The position numbers and the translations under genes were made by a program. Shown piece after piece: positions 16,942 to 25,753 of a stretch of 26,314 nucleotides of DNA. The notes beneath the pieces are model-generated. The model was not told the DNA's origin, searched no databases, and saw nothing but the letters and a program-made list of their open reading frames with translations. How positions within the stretch are numbered: the stretch's first letter is position 1; every line of letters begins with the position of its first letter. The DNA lies in contig JAKPTO010000006.1 of the NCBI GenBank assembly GCA_029555085.1, positions 1-26,314 on the forward strand. The letters run 5' to 3'. This stretch comes from a bacterium (lineage in GTDB: Bacteria; Patescibacteriota; Patescibacteriia; UBA1558; S5-K13).

Positions 16942-17364
16942 ATGATTGAGATAAATATTTTAATAAAAAATTTTAGATATAGACGTTTTATAGAAAAAAT
17001 TGTTTCCAAATTAGAGCAAATAGAAAAATTAAAAAATAAAAAAATTTCTTTACTTATAACTGGTGATAAAATTATAAAAGAGTTGAATAAAAAATATAGA
17101 AAAAAAAATAAAACAACAGATGTTTTAAGTTTTGCAGAAAGGGACATAAGAAATAATTTTTATTTTAATGACAATTTTTATTTAGGAGAAATAATAATAA
17201 ATATAGAGCAAGCTAAAAGACAATCAGAAAATTTTAAAAAAGAAATATTGATTTTATTAATACATGGATACTTGCATCTTATTGGCTATGATCACGATAA
17301 TTTACAAAAAGAAGTTTGCATGAATAAGCAATTACAAAGAATTATAAAGAAATATGATATTTAG
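16942..17364 (+). CDS. ybeY: rRNA maturation RNase YbeY
   Basis: LNKKYRKKNKTTDVLSF, LGEIII and the Zn-binding HGYLHLIGYDH. Confidence 0.95.
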   Translation: MIEINILIKNFRYRRFIEKIVSKLEQIEKLKNKKISLLITGDKIIKELNKKYRKKNKTTDVLSFAERDIRNNFYFNDNFYLGEIIINIEQAKRQSENFKKEILILLIHGYLHLIGYDHDNLQKEVCMNKQLQRIIKKYDI

Positions 17365-17737
17365 CATAAAAAAATTTTTAAAAAGTGCAAGATTTGCCTT
17401 GAGGGGCATTTTTTCCATCTATAAGACAGAGCAAAATTTTAGATTTCAAATTTTCGCTAGTTGTTTTGTAATTTTTTTAATAATTTTTTTTAAAGTATCT
17501 CCAAAGGAGATTATAGTTTTAATACTTATGATTTCTTTAGTTTTGATTATGGAAATAATAAATTCTGCTTTTGAGAAAATTACTGATATGTTTAAACCCC
17601 GTATACATGTTTATGCTGAACTTGTAAAAAATATTATGGCTGGAGCTGTTTTAATATCATCATTTACTGCTCTTGTGATAGGGATAATTATTTTTTACCC
17701 ATATTTTATGGATTTTTTTATAAAAATTTCACAATAA
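17354..17737 (+). CDS. dgkA: Prokaryotic diacylglycerol/undecaprenol kinase family protein
   Basis: FALRGI..EQNFR, EIINSAFEKITD and VKNIMAGAVLI, with three TM helices; follows ybeY as in many bacteria. Confidence 0.9.
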   Translation: MIFSIKKFLKSARFALRGIFSIYKTEQNFRFQIFASCFVIFLIIFFKVSPKEIIVLILMISLVLIMEIINSAFEKITDMFKPRIHVYAELVKNIMAGAVLISSFTALVIGIIIFYPYFMDFFIKISQ

Positions 17738-17756
17738 ACAATTTTTAAGTTATAAT
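17728..17756 (+). promoter_or_regulatory. Sigma70 promoter for ftsA-ftsZ-nrdR
   Basis: TTCACA (17728-17733), 17 nt, TATAAT (17751-17756), 28 nt upstream of the ftsA ATG. Confidence 0.6.
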
Positions 17757-17784
17757 AATATAAAGATTTTTTTATTAAAACATT

Positions 17785-19026
17785 ATGGTTAAAAGTCATA
17801 TAATAACTGGATTGGATGTTGGTTCAAGAAGTATTAAAATTGTTGTAGCTCAATATGATATGGACGGAAGAGAATTGAGAATTATAGGAGCAGCTGATCA
17901 TCCAACAAAGGGAATAGTAAATGGTAATATAATTAGCATAGAAGATGTTGTTAATTCTATTTCTACGACATTAGAAAAAGTTGAGAGAGTTATAGGTATG
18001 CCAATTGAGGGAGCTGTTATAGGAATATCTGGTCCACATATTAAGTCAATTAGTAGTCAGGGTGTTGTTGCTGTATCAAAAGCAGATGGAGAAATAAGAG
18101 AAGAGGATGTTGGAAGAGTTATAGAAGCTGCTCAAGCAGTTGCTGTTCCGCACAATTATGAAATTTTACATGTAATTCCTAAAACTTATAAAGTTGATAA
18201 TCAGGAAGACATAAAAGATCCAGTCGGAATGACCGGAATTAGATTAGAGGTTGAAGCTCAAATTGTAATGGCTCTATCTAATCAGAAAAAAACAATTGAA
18301 AAATGCATGAATAGAGTTGGTGTTGATATTGATGATGAGGTTTTTTCTATTTTGGCTGATTCAGAAGCGGTTCTTTCAAGAGAACAGAAAGAATTAGGCG
18401 TTGCGCTTATAAATATTGGAGCATCAAATACAGGACTTGCGGTTTACGAGGCTGGTGAATTATTACATACAGCAGTATTGCCAGTTGGCTCTGGACACAT
18501 AACAAATGATTTAGCGATAGGGCTTAGAACATCTATAAGAGTGGCGGAAATGATTAAAATGCAAGAAGCAACATGTATTTTAGAAGATATAAAAAAAAGA
18601 GACGAAATAGATCTTTCTTTATTTGATGAAACACTTGAAGGTGGAAGAAAAAATATGATACCAAAAACAGAAATTGCTAACATTACAAAAGCAAGAGTTG
18701 AGGAAATTTTTGATTTAGTTGCTAAGGAATTAAAAAATATTGAAAGATTTGGAATGTTGCCAGCCGGAGTAGTTTTAACTGGTGGTGGTGCAAAATTACA
18801 GGGAATAGTAGAGCAAGCAAAAGAACAATTAAGATTACCTGTATTTTTAGCAAAATTGCAAAAAATTAATAGTATAGTTGATAAGACGGAAGATTTGAGT
18901 TATTCTACTGTTGTTGGACTTTTATTGTGGACGCATAATAATAATTCCATAAGGACCCCAATTACTGTATCAATAGGTGGATTTTTAGGTAAAATAAAAA
19001 ATGCATTTAAGCGCATTATTCCATAA
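17785..19026 (+). CDS. ftsA: Cell division protein FtsA
   Basis: GLDVGSRSIK, DPVGMTGIRLE, LPVGSGHITNDLA, GVVLTGGGAKL and a C-terminal amphipathic helix; directly upstream of ftsZ. Confidence 0.97.
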   Translation: MVKSHIITGLDVGSRSIKIVVAQYDMDGRELRIIGAADHPTKGIVNGNIISIEDVVNSISTTLEKVERVIGMPIEGAVIGISGPHIKSISSQGVVAVSKADGEIREEDVGRVIEAAQAVAVPHNYEILHVIPKTYKVDNQEDIKDPVGMTGIRLEVEAQIVMALSNQKKTIEKCMNRVGVDIDDEVFSILADSEAVLSREQKELGVALINIGASNTGLAVYEAGELLHTAVLPVGSGHITNDLAIGLRTSIRVAEMIKMQEATCILEDIKKRDEIDLSLFDETLEGGRKNMIPKTEIANITKARVEEIFDLVAKELKNIERFGMLPAGVVLTGGGAKLQGIVEQAKEQLRLPVFLAKLQKINSIVDKTEDLSYSTVVGLLLWTHNNNSIRTPITVSIGGFLGKIKNAFKRIIP

Positions 19027-19036
19027 TTAAAAAAAG

Positions 19037-20296
19037 ATGAAAAAATCTATAGGAAAAAATAAAGCAACTAGAGAATTTAAACCAGATGTAGAAACATTTG
19101 CAAAAATTAAAGTTGTCGGTATTGGGGGATCGGGTGGTTCTGCAATAAACAGAATGGTAGAGAATAAAATTAGAGGTGTTGAGTTTATAGCAATAAATAC
19201 AGACGCTCAGGCTCTTAATAGATCAGATGCTGATAAAAGAATTCAGATAGGAATAGACACAACAAAGGGTCTTGGTGCGGGTATGGATCCAGATGTTGGA
19301 GCAAGGTCTGCAGAGGAAAACTTAGAAGAAATTGAGAAATCCCTCGAAGGTGCTGATATGGTTTTTATAACTTGTGGACTTGGCGGAGGAACTGGTACTG
19401 GTGCAGCACCAATTATAGCAGATATTGCTAGAAGAAATAATTCTTTAACCGTAGCTGTTGTTACAAAACCATTTAGTTTTGAAGGGTCTCAAAGGAAAAT
19501 GATTTCCGAGCGTGGATTTAATGAATTAGAGAGTAGGGTAGATACAATCATTACAATTCCAAATGATAGAATTTTAAATATAATAGATAGAAAAACTTCA
19601 GTCTTGGATTCGTTTAAGATAGCAGATGAAATATTGCATCAGGGAATACAGGGTATTTCTGAAATAATTACAATTCCCGGAGAGGTTAATGTGGACTTTG
19701 CTGATGTAAAAAGAATAATGTCAGATGCTGGGTCTGCTCTCATGGGAATAGGTCGCGCAAGTGGAGAAGATAGAGCAAAAAGAGCCGCAAAGGAAGCTAT
19801 TGATTCACCACTATTAGATGTCTCAATTGCTGGAGCAAAGGGAATATTATTTACAATAACTGGTGGCGAGGATTTGACCATGTATGAAATAAATGAAATT
19901 GCTGAAATAATTACCTCTTCTGCTGATGGCGGTGCGAGTATTATTTTTGGTACTGTTATTGATAAATCAATGAGCGGAGATGTAAAAGTTATGGTTGTTG
20001 CTACTGGTTTTGAAAGTTTTGATTCACAAAAGAAGGATGTTGCAAAAATGAATTCTGCTTATAAACAAAATGAATACATAAGTAGAATGAATCATTCTAT
20101 AAAAGATATTACAGATGTTTCAGAGGATATCGATGAAATAGAATTTGAAGAAGAAAAAGATAACGCAGATACCACTATCAATGACACATCGTTTGATGAT
20201 TATGATAATGATATTAAATTAAATAATGATTCTGAGTTTTTGGAACAAAATAGCGAGTATGATATCCCAGCATTTTTAAGAAAGAAGATGAAATGA
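19037..20296 (+). CDS. ftsZ: Cell division protein FtsZ
   Basis: INTDAQAL, GLGAG, tubulin signature GGGTGTG, NVDFADV, an acidic linker and C-terminal DIPAFLRKK. Confidence 0.98.
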   Translation: MKKSIGKNKATREFKPDVETFAKIKVVGIGGSGGSAINRMVENKIRGVEFIAINTDAQALNRSDADKRIQIGIDTTKGLGAGMDPDVGARSAEENLEEIEKSLEGADMVFITCGLGGGTGTGAAPIIADIARRNNSLTVAVVTKPFSFEGSQRKMISERGFNELESRVDTIITIPNDRILNIIDRKTSVLDSFKIADEILHQGIQGISEIITIPGEVNVDFADVKRIMSDAGSALMGIGRASGEDRAKRAAKEAIDSPLLDVSIAGAKGILFTITGGEDLTMYEINEIAEIITSSADGGASIIFGTVIDKSMSGDVKVMVVATGFESFDSQKKDVAKMNSAYKQNEYISRMNHSIKDITDVSEDIDEIEFEEEKDNADTTINDTSFDDYDNDIKLNNDSEFLEQNSEYDIPAFLRKKMK

Positions 20297-20754
20297 AGTG
20301 TCCAATTTGTTGTAATAAAACTACAAAAGTACTTGACTCTCGTGTGGCAACAGATGGGGTTACAGTAAGAAGAAGACGAGGATGTTCAAAATGCAATTTT
20401 CGTTTTTCTACGATTGAGGAAATTGAAATATTGGATATTACAATAATCAAAAATGATGGATCTCGGGAGATGTATAATAAACAAAAGCTAAAAGACGGAA
20501 TTAGAAAATCACTCCATAAAAGAGGAAAAACAGATGAGGATTTTGATCAGCTTATAAGAGACATAGAAATGGATTTACAAAAGGAAAGAAAGGATGAAAT
20601 TTTATCCAAAGTGCTTGGGGATATAGTAATGAAACATTTGAAAAAATTTGACAAAGTTGCATACATCAGATACGCGTCTATATATAGATCTTTTGAAGAT
20701 TTGGAAACATTTGAACAGGAATTAAAAAAACTTATTAAAAGCAAAAAAGAATAA
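20293..20754 (+). CDS. nrdR: Transcriptional repressor NrdR
   Basis: Zn ribbon MKCPIC..VLDSR..VRRRRGCSKC..RFSTIE, an ATP-cone, and DKVAYIRYASIYRSF. Confidence 0.97.
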   Translation: MKCPICCNKTTKVLDSRVATDGVTVRRRRGCSKCNFRFSTIEEIEILDITIIKNDGSREMYNKQKLKDGIRKSLHKRGKTDEDFDQLIRDIEMDLQKERKDEILSKVLGDIVMKHLKKFDKVAYIRYASIYRSFEDLETFEQELKKLIKSKKE

Positions 20755-20766
20755 TATAGATATAAA

Positions 20767-21018
20767 ATGGAAGATAACAATGAAATAAAATCGCTTGTAG
20801 AAAAAAATTTAAAGCTAAATGAAGAAATTTTATCTATTTGTAAGGAAATAGAACATCACAATAGATTGGCGAGAATTTATAGCTTTATAAAAACAGCTAT
20901 CATTGTTATTCCTATTATAGCAGGTATTTTATTATTAAGTCCTTATTTTAATAGTTTTAGAAAGATTTTTAAAAGTTTAGATAGTTATTCTCAGGCAATG
21001 ACCGAACTACTGAAATAG
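20767..21018 (+). CDS. Small hypothetical membrane protein (coiled coil + 1 TM)
   Basis: 83 aa, collinear with nrdR and followed by a terminator; TM AIIVIPIIAGILLLSPYF. Confidence 0.75.
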   Translation: MEDNNEIKSLVEKNLKLNEEILSICKEIEHHNRLARIYSFIKTAIIVIPIIAGILLLSPYFNSFRKIFKSLDSYSQAMTELLK

Positions 21019-21031
21019 ATTTTTTCTAAAC

Positions 21032-21059
21032 AAAAAAGTTCCCTGAAGGGAATTTTTTT
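21032..21059 (+). terminator. Intrinsic terminator, likely bidirectional
   Basis: A6-G-TTCCC-tgaa-GGGAA-T7. Confidence 0.8.
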
Positions 21060-21078
21060 ATTAAAAATTTAGATTTTG

Positions 21079-21087
21079 TGGTAAAAT
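21079..21087 (+). promoter_or_regulatory. Putative extended -10 promoter
   Basis: TGGTAAAAT just downstream of the terminator and upstream of the membrane protein/Clp pair. Confidence 0.4.
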
Positions 21088-21169
21088 ATATATAGCTATT
21101 GATTTTTTAAAAAGAATTTTGGCAATTTTTTAATTTTTAATTTAAAAGCTTTGTTTCGGTTTTATTTTC

Positions 21170-21553
21170 ATGGGTAAAAAATTTACAAAAAGAATTTTAA
21201 AAATTATATTTATAGATTTTATTATCTATGGAATTTTATATTTTCCAATTTGGTGGTATTCTAGGGGGCTTTTTAAGGTGCTTTTAAAATCTCAAAAAAT
21301 TCTTTCTGATGCGTGGGAAAATCTTGGATTATCTATTCAGATTAAGTATCTTTTTAAGCCAATGTATGCGCAAAGAGACCTTGCTGGAATCTTGATTAGT
21401 TTTTTTATGAGACTTTTAATGTTAATTTACAAAAGCATATGCATGATATTTGTTTTATTGTGGAGCGCTGTGCTTTTTTTATTGTGGGCATTTTTACCCA
21501 TTATTGTTATATATGGAATTATTGTAAATTATAATTTTTTGAAAACTCAATGA
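21170..21553 (+). CDS. Hypothetical membrane protein, translationally coupled to the Clp ATPase
   Basis: Hydrophobic 127 aa with YFPIWWYSRG and LFKPMYAQRD motifs; ATGA overlap with the next gene. Confidence 0.8.
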   Translation: MGKKFTKRILKIIFIDFIIYGILYFPIWWYSRGLFKVLLKSQKILSDAWENLGLSIQIKYLFKPMYAQRDLAGILISFFMRLLMLIYKSICMIFVLLWSAVLFLLWAFLPIIVIYGIIVNYNFLKTQ

Positions 21554-24216
21554 AAAATTTAGAAAGAGCAAATATTGTTTATTGTGAAAATTGTACTAAG
21601 AATACAAAATGTTCTTATTGTAGGGGGACAAAATACTATCTTCAAATAGGGAATCAAGCTATTTATTTTGATAAATCTTTTTCAAAAGAATCAATTTTGT
21701 TTGATAATATAAAATCTTCCATAAATTTGATTATAAATTCAATTTTAGGAATAATTGGTTTTATTGGAATATTGTCAATCATTTTTCATGTGTATAATAT
21801 ATTTTCATTGGGGGGTAGTATATTTTTCGCTGGAAATTGGTTGGGGGAAAAAGTTTTAGTATTTTATTGTGGCGTGTTAGCGCTAATGTTATTTTTTTAT
21901 AGATTGCAAATAGCTTCATATATTAGGGAGAGAGTTTTAACGCCAGATGTTGCAGAGAAAAATAAACGCAAATCATTTAATGCATATAATTCTTTTTCAA
22001 AGCAAGTAAAGAAGATATTATTTAATTCTCATTATTTAGCAATTAAAAATAAGCAAAATATTTCCCCACTTCATGTATTGTATGTAATGTTAGACAATGT
22101 TGATTTCATTGTAATTTTAAGTAGATTGGGAATTTCTAATCAAGTATTAAAGTCGAAAGTTAAAACTTTGCTTAGTAATTTAAAAGATCCAGTATCTGAG
22201 AATGTATACTTTCTCGACTCTATTTTAAATAGTTATTATTTTGCTTTTTTAAATAAATCAGAATATGTACGAATTAGTCATCTTATATTGGCAATTTCTA
22301 CTATTGATGAAAGAATTTTTGAATTATTCTTTGATATGGGAGTAGATGCAAATCAGTTAAGAAATGCTATAGCGTGGATAAGGTTAAGAGACGACATGGT
22401 TGAACTATATAAAAAATATAAAAAAAGATCTTCTTATAAACCAAGTGGAAATATGAATAGGTCAATGACAGCAGTAGCAACACCTACTTTAGATAGATTT
22501 GGTTCTGATTTAACACGTCTTGCAAAATATGGGTATCTTAATTTAGTAGTTGGCAGAGATGAAAAAATTGATGAAATATATCGATCAATTGAGACCTCAA
22601 ATAAGGGTGTATTAATAATGGGGGCACCTGGTGTTGGTAAAAAAAGTATTATAGAGGGACTTGCCAACAAAATGTCAGCCGAAGATGTTCCAGACCAATT
22701 AAAGGATAAAAGATTGGTTTCATTATCTTTGTCTAAATTTGTTTCAGAGGCATCAAGTGGGGGTAATGTAGAATTTTTGTTTATGAAGGTAATAGAAGAA
22801 ATTGCTAGGTCTGGTAATATAATTTTAGTAATAAATGATATACATAATATAGTTGGAGTTGTGTCTTTTGGGAATAATAGTATTGATCTTTCTAAGATTT
22901 TAGCAGATGGTATTTTACGATATGGAATAGTGGTAATTGGAACGACAAGCGAGCAGGAATATAAAAAATATTTAGAAAATAATTCCTTGGTTCAGACCAT
23001 GAATATAATTGATCTTCCAGAGCCAAATTTTGATGATACCGTGCAAATTCTTGAATCGAGGTCTTTTAGTTTAGAACATAAACATAAAATTTATTTTTCA
23101 TATCAAGCAATTGAAAAAATTGTGAAATTAACAAATGAATATATACATACATTTAAACAACCAGTAAAAGCGATTAGAGTTATGGAAGAAGTTGCTATAG
23201 TGGTGAAATCTCGAGGGGGTAAAAAATTAGTTACAGCTGAAGATGTTGCAAAAGTTATATCTCAAAAGGTTAATATACCACTTGGATCAATTACTATTTC
23301 TGAATCTGAAAAACTTTTAAATTTGGAAAAAATAATGCACGAAAGGATAATTGGTCAAGATGAGGCAGTTAACATGGTTGCCTCAGCTCTTCGTAGATCG
23401 AGAGCTGAACTGCGAGATGAAAATAAACCAATAGTCAATTTATTATTTCTTGGTCCAACAGGAGTTGGAAAAACAGAGCTTGCAAAAACCATCGCAGAAA
23501 TATTATTTGGAAGCGAGAAGGATATGGTTAGGTTGGATATGAGTGAGTATCAAGAGAAATCATCTATCGCGAGACTTATAGGTTTTGAGGGTAGTTCAGA
23601 GGGTGGAATTTTAACAGAAGCAATAAAGAAAAATACTTTCTGTGTTGTTTTATTGGATGAACTTGAAAAAGCGCACCCAGATATTTTAAATGTATTTTTA
23701 CAAGTAATGGACGATGGGAGACTTACTGATTCAAAGGGTGAAACAGTTGATTTTACAAATTGTATTTTAATTGCAACATCTAATGCGGGATCTTTCTATA
23801 TACAGGATAAATTAGCAGAGGGCGTTGATTTAGAGACAATTAAAAATGATTTAATAATGAATCAATTAAGAGACAGCTTTAGGCCAGAGTTTTTAAATAG
23901 ATTTAATGGTATTGTTGTGTTTAAACCTTTAACGCAAAAAGAAATAGAGGCTATTGCAGTTTTAATGTTGGATAAAATATCAAAGCGTTTAGAGGAAAAG
24001 GGCATGTTTTTTTCTGCGTCGCCAGATGCAGTTAGGGAATTAGCTCAAATAGGGTTTAGTAGAGAGTTTGGAGCGAGGCCACTTGCAAGAACAATTGAAG
24101 AAAGAGTCAATAATTCCTTGGCAAATATGCTCTTAACTAATAAAATAGGAAGAAGAGATAGGATTATTTTAGAAAAAGGTGGTGAAATAAGAGTAGAAAA
24201 GGCAAGCAGGATTTAA
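21550..24216 (+). CDS. ClpA/B/C-family double AAA+ ATPase with an N-terminal Cys motif and two TM helices
   Basis: Clp-N-like repeats (ISPLHVLY, ISHLILA), TPTLDRFGSDLT, VVGRDE, D1 GAPGVGKKS, RIIGQDEAV, D2 GPTGVGKTELAK, LLDELEKAHPD, FRPEFLNRF, FGARPL. Confidence 0.9.
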   Translation: MKNLERANIVYCENCTKNTKCSYCRGTKYYLQIGNQAIYFDKSFSKESILFDNIKSSINLIINSILGIIGFIGILSIIFHVYNIFSLGGSIFFAGNWLGEKVLVFYCGVLALMLFFYRLQIASYIRERVLTPDVAEKNKRKSFNAYNSFSKQVKKILFNSHYLAIKNKQNISPLHVLYVMLDNVDFIVILSRLGISNQVLKSKVKTLLSNLKDPVSENVYFLDSILNSYYFAFLNKSEYVRISHLILAISTIDERIFELFFDMGVDANQLRNAIAWIRLRDDMVELYKKYKKRSSYKPSGNMNRSMTAVATPTLDRFGSDLTRLAKYGYLNLVVGRDEKIDEIYRSIETSNKGVLIMGAPGVGKKSIIEGLANKMSAEDVPDQLKDKRLVSLSLSKFVSEASSGGNVEFLFMKVIEEIARSGNIILVINDIHNIVGVVSFGNNSIDLSKILADGILRYGIVVIGTTSEQEYKKYLENNSLVQTMNIIDLPEPNFDDTVQILESRSFSLEHKHKIYFSYQAIEKIVKLTNEYIHTFKQPVKAIRVMEEVAIVVKSRGGKKLVTAEDVAKVISQKVNIPLGSITISESEKLLNLEKIMHERIIGQDEAVNMVASALRRSRAELRDENKPIVNLLFLGPTGVGKTELAKTIAEILFGSEKDMVRLDMSEYQEKSSIARLIGFEGSSEGGILTEAIKKNTFCVVLLDELEKAHPDILNVFLQVMDDGRLTDSKGETVDFTNCILIATSNAGSFYIQDKLAEGVDLETIKNDLIMNQLRDSFRPEFLNRFNGIVVFKPLTQKEIEAIAVLMLDKISKRLEEKGMFFSASPDAVRELAQIGFSREFGARPLARTIEERVNNSLANMLLTNKIGRRDRIILEKGGEIRVEKASRI

Positions 24217-24217
24217 C

Positions 24218-24245
24218 TTGTTTTATGAGTTATTAGTAGTATAAT
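24218..24245 (+). promoter_or_regulatory. Putative sigma70 promoter for the glycine--tRNA ligase gene
   Basis: TTGTTT-16 nt-TATAAT in the short intergenic region. Confidence 0.35.
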
Positions 24246-24278
24246 ATTATAAATTGACTTAATAATTTATAAACATTT

Positions 24279-25712
24279 ATGGCAAAAAAGACTAAAAGTA
24301 AAAGCACCAAAAGCGTCAAAAGTGTCAATAGTATAGAAACTAATGAAAAAATGAGCAAAATTATTTCTTTTGCAAAGCGAAGGGGTTTTGTTTTTCCATC
24401 ATCAGAGATTTATGGAGGATTTTCTAGTATATATGATTATGGTCCATATGGAGTAGAGTTATTGAATAATATAAAGAAATTTTGGTGGAAACATATGATT
24501 CAGTTGAGAGATAATATTATTGGACTTGATAGCGCTATATTTATGCATCCAAAAATTTGGGAGGCAAGTGGACATGTAGCTGGGTTTTCTGATCCATTGG
24601 CGGAGTGTAAGAAATGTCATTTTAGATTTAGAGTGGATACTTTACTTGAAGAATTGGGTTTTAGCGCAGATGAAAAAATGTCTTTGGGTCAAATAGAAAA
24701 ATTGTTTAGAAAAAATATAGATAAAATTAAATGTTCTAAATGTGGATCTAATGAATTTACAGAAATAAAAAAGTTTAATTTGTTAGTACAATCCAATTTA
24801 GGAAATTTTTCTTCTGATTTTGAAAAAGAACCAGTTTATTTGAGAGGAGAAACATGTCAGGGAATTTATGTGAATTACAAAAATGTTCTCGATTCAACGA
24901 GAGTAAAGATTCCTTTTGGCATAGCGCAAATAGGTAAGGCATTTAGAAATGAAATTACGGCTCGTCAATTTATTTTTAGGACTCGTGAATTTGAACAAAT
25001 GGAGATGCAGTATTTCGTTAATCCAAAATCAGAAATGGAAGAATATGAAAAATTAAAAGAATATAGATGGCAATATTACCTTGATTTGGGTATAAAAGCA
25101 AAAAATTTAAAATGGTATAAACATAAAAATTTAGTTTTTTATGCTAAAGAAGCTTATGATATAGAGTATAATTTTCCATTTGGGTTTAAAGAATTGGAAG
25201 GAATTCATGCTAGAGGGGACTATGATTTAAAGCAACATTCTAAGTTTTCAGGAAAAGATTTAAGCTATACTGATGCGACAACTTCTGAAAAATATATTCC
25301 ACATGTAATTGAATCATCAGCTGGGGTCGGAAGAACATTTTTAGCTCTTATGACAGAAGCATATACAGAAGAAAAAATAGATAATGATATAAGAGTTGTT
25401 TTAAAATTACTTCCAGAATTAGCTCCAATAAAAATTGCAGTTTTTCCATTACTGAAAAACAAACCAGAATTAGTGAAAAAAGCATCTGAGATTTTTAATG
25501 AGCTTAGAAAATTATATATGTGCGAGTTTGATGATAATGGAAACATAGGAAAAAGATATAGACGCCAAGATGAAATAGGGACCCCATATTGCGTAACAGT
25601 GGATTTTGATACTTTAGAAAAAAATGAAGTAACTGTTCGTGATAGAGATACAATGAAACAGGAAAAAATAAAAATAGAAAATTTGATAGATTATTTTAAA
25701 TTAAGAATATAG
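24279..25712 (+). CDS. glyQS: Glycine--tRNA ligase, homodimeric (alpha2) type
   Basis: KRRGFVFPSSEIYGG, WEASGH, YLRGETCQGI, QIGKAFRNEI, FRTREFEQME, PHVIESSAGVGR and IGKRYRRQDEIGTP. Confidence 0.96.
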   Translation: MAKKTKSKSTKSVKSVNSIETNEKMSKIISFAKRRGFVFPSSEIYGGFSSIYDYGPYGVELLNNIKKFWWKHMIQLRDNIIGLDSAIFMHPKIWEASGHVAGFSDPLAECKKCHFRFRVDTLLEELGFSADEKMSLGQIEKLFRKNIDKIKCSKCGSNEFTEIKKFNLLVQSNLGNFSSDFEKEPVYLRGETCQGIYVNYKNVLDSTRVKIPFGIAQIGKAFRNEITARQFIFRTREFEQMEMQYFVNPKSEMEEYEKLKEYRWQYYLDLGIKAKNLKWYKHKNLVFYAKEAYDIEYNFPFGFKELEGIHARGDYDLKQHSKFSGKDLSYTDATTSEKYIPHVIESSAGVGRTFLALMTEAYTEEKIDNDIRVVLKLLPELAPIKIAVFPLLKNKPELVKKASEIFNELRKLYMCEFDDNGNIGKRYRRQDEIGTPYCVTVDFDTLEKNEVTVRDRDTMKQEKIKIENLIDYFKLRI

Positions 25713-25753
25713 GATTGGTTTAGGTAAATTAGACTAGCTTAGAAAAAAGAAAT

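Noticed and set aside
20293-21170. NrdR box or ribonucleotide reductase genes near nrdR
   Set aside because: I saw no convincing acaCwAtATaTwGtgt palindrome and no nrd genes in the window.
24300-24335. 9-bp near-tandem repeat (KST KSV KSV NSI) at the GlyRS N-terminus; similar GGP repeats at 7801-7839
   Set aside because: These are short in-frame low-complexity linker expansions with no sign of phase variation.
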